A stretch of DNA of 64,000 nucleotides from Felis catus (lineage: Eukaryota). Every line of letters begins with the position of its first letter. Position 1 is the stretch's first letter. The stretch spans positions 1,054,001 to 1,118,000 of the forward strand of contig NC_058368.1 of assembly GCF_018350175.1 (NCBI RefSeq), given 5' to 3'. The notes under the pieces were generated by a model. The model had not been told where the DNA came from and did not search any database. It worked only from the letters and a program-made list of their open reading frames with translations. Positions 63,361 to 64,000 of the stretch are shown one piece after another. A program made the position numbers and the translations under genes.

Positions 63361-64000
63361 AAACATACAGGACAAACATACTAACACCCTCTAACATGCA
63401 TTTCTTTTAGTCTAAACCAACCTCTTATTTTGTTATAGACAGTGGCAACTTTGAGAACAATCGCTCGTAATGTTACTTTAGTACCTTTAAAACCTCAATT
63501 TTAGTTTAGCACACGTGAACACTGTCCACTGTTTAGGAGGTTTTATTTTTGAAAATTCGTTTTGGGTAACCTCAAAACAGTAAAGTGGCTACAGATGGGA
63601 GAATTCCATTTTATTCTTACGGTTACCTTTTTGATAATTTATTTCATAGTTTGAGAGGCAAACTTGTTACCATGTGATAATGATGATTTCTCTGTTATTT
63701 CACTGTATAAATTTCTGCTTAATTGTGAATCCAAACCTTTAATTAAAAAAAAAATTTTTTTTTTGGAGGATTTTGTTTTTTGTTCAAAGGACACTGACAG
63801 TATTTCTCTGTTTGGCTTCTTTCTTTGAATGAATTCTTGTTTTCCTTTTATATTAAAATAGAGAAATCTTCTGGTGGGTTCTCCCCCTTTTTTTGGGAAA
63901 GCAAAGAAGTGTTCTTTGGCAAATGACCACATTATTCTAGATGTTGCCATTTGTTCCATTTTGCTATTTATTTTAAAGGATAATTGTATCTAATGTTTTT

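Noticed and set aside
1..64000. Prokaryotic-type systems (CRISPR arrays, operons, defence islands) or a nested novel gene
   Set aside because: The sequence is mammalian intron/exon DNA; I found no repeat-spacer array, intact transposase or retrogene, or second spliced ORF on either strand.

Overview
AT-rich mammalian genomic DNA, almost certainly from a felid/feliform carnivore given about 40 tRNA-derived Can-SINEs of the SINEC_Fc type. It covers the 5' half of ZMYM2 (ZNF198, MYM-type zinc finger protein 2) on the + strand. Bases 1-28682 are a long, repeat-rich 5'-UTR intron. Ten coding exons (28693-61855) splice in one frame into 2292 nt / 764 codons: an acidic SIM-containing N-terminus followed by nine zf-FCS/MYM fingers. 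The gene continues past the window. The rest is SINEs, L1, L2/MIR, MaLR and ERV LTRs and a Tigger element; repeat boundaries are approximate and subfamily names tentative. I see no new multi-gene system. The most interesting signals are in splicing: an L1 insertion whose 16-bp target-site duplication copied a coding exon's 5' splice site, a candidate hairpin-containing poison exon, an in-frame exitron, an exon junction that regenerates a donor, two consecutive GC donors, and a candidate 34-nt 5'-UTR exon that would create an overlapping uORF.
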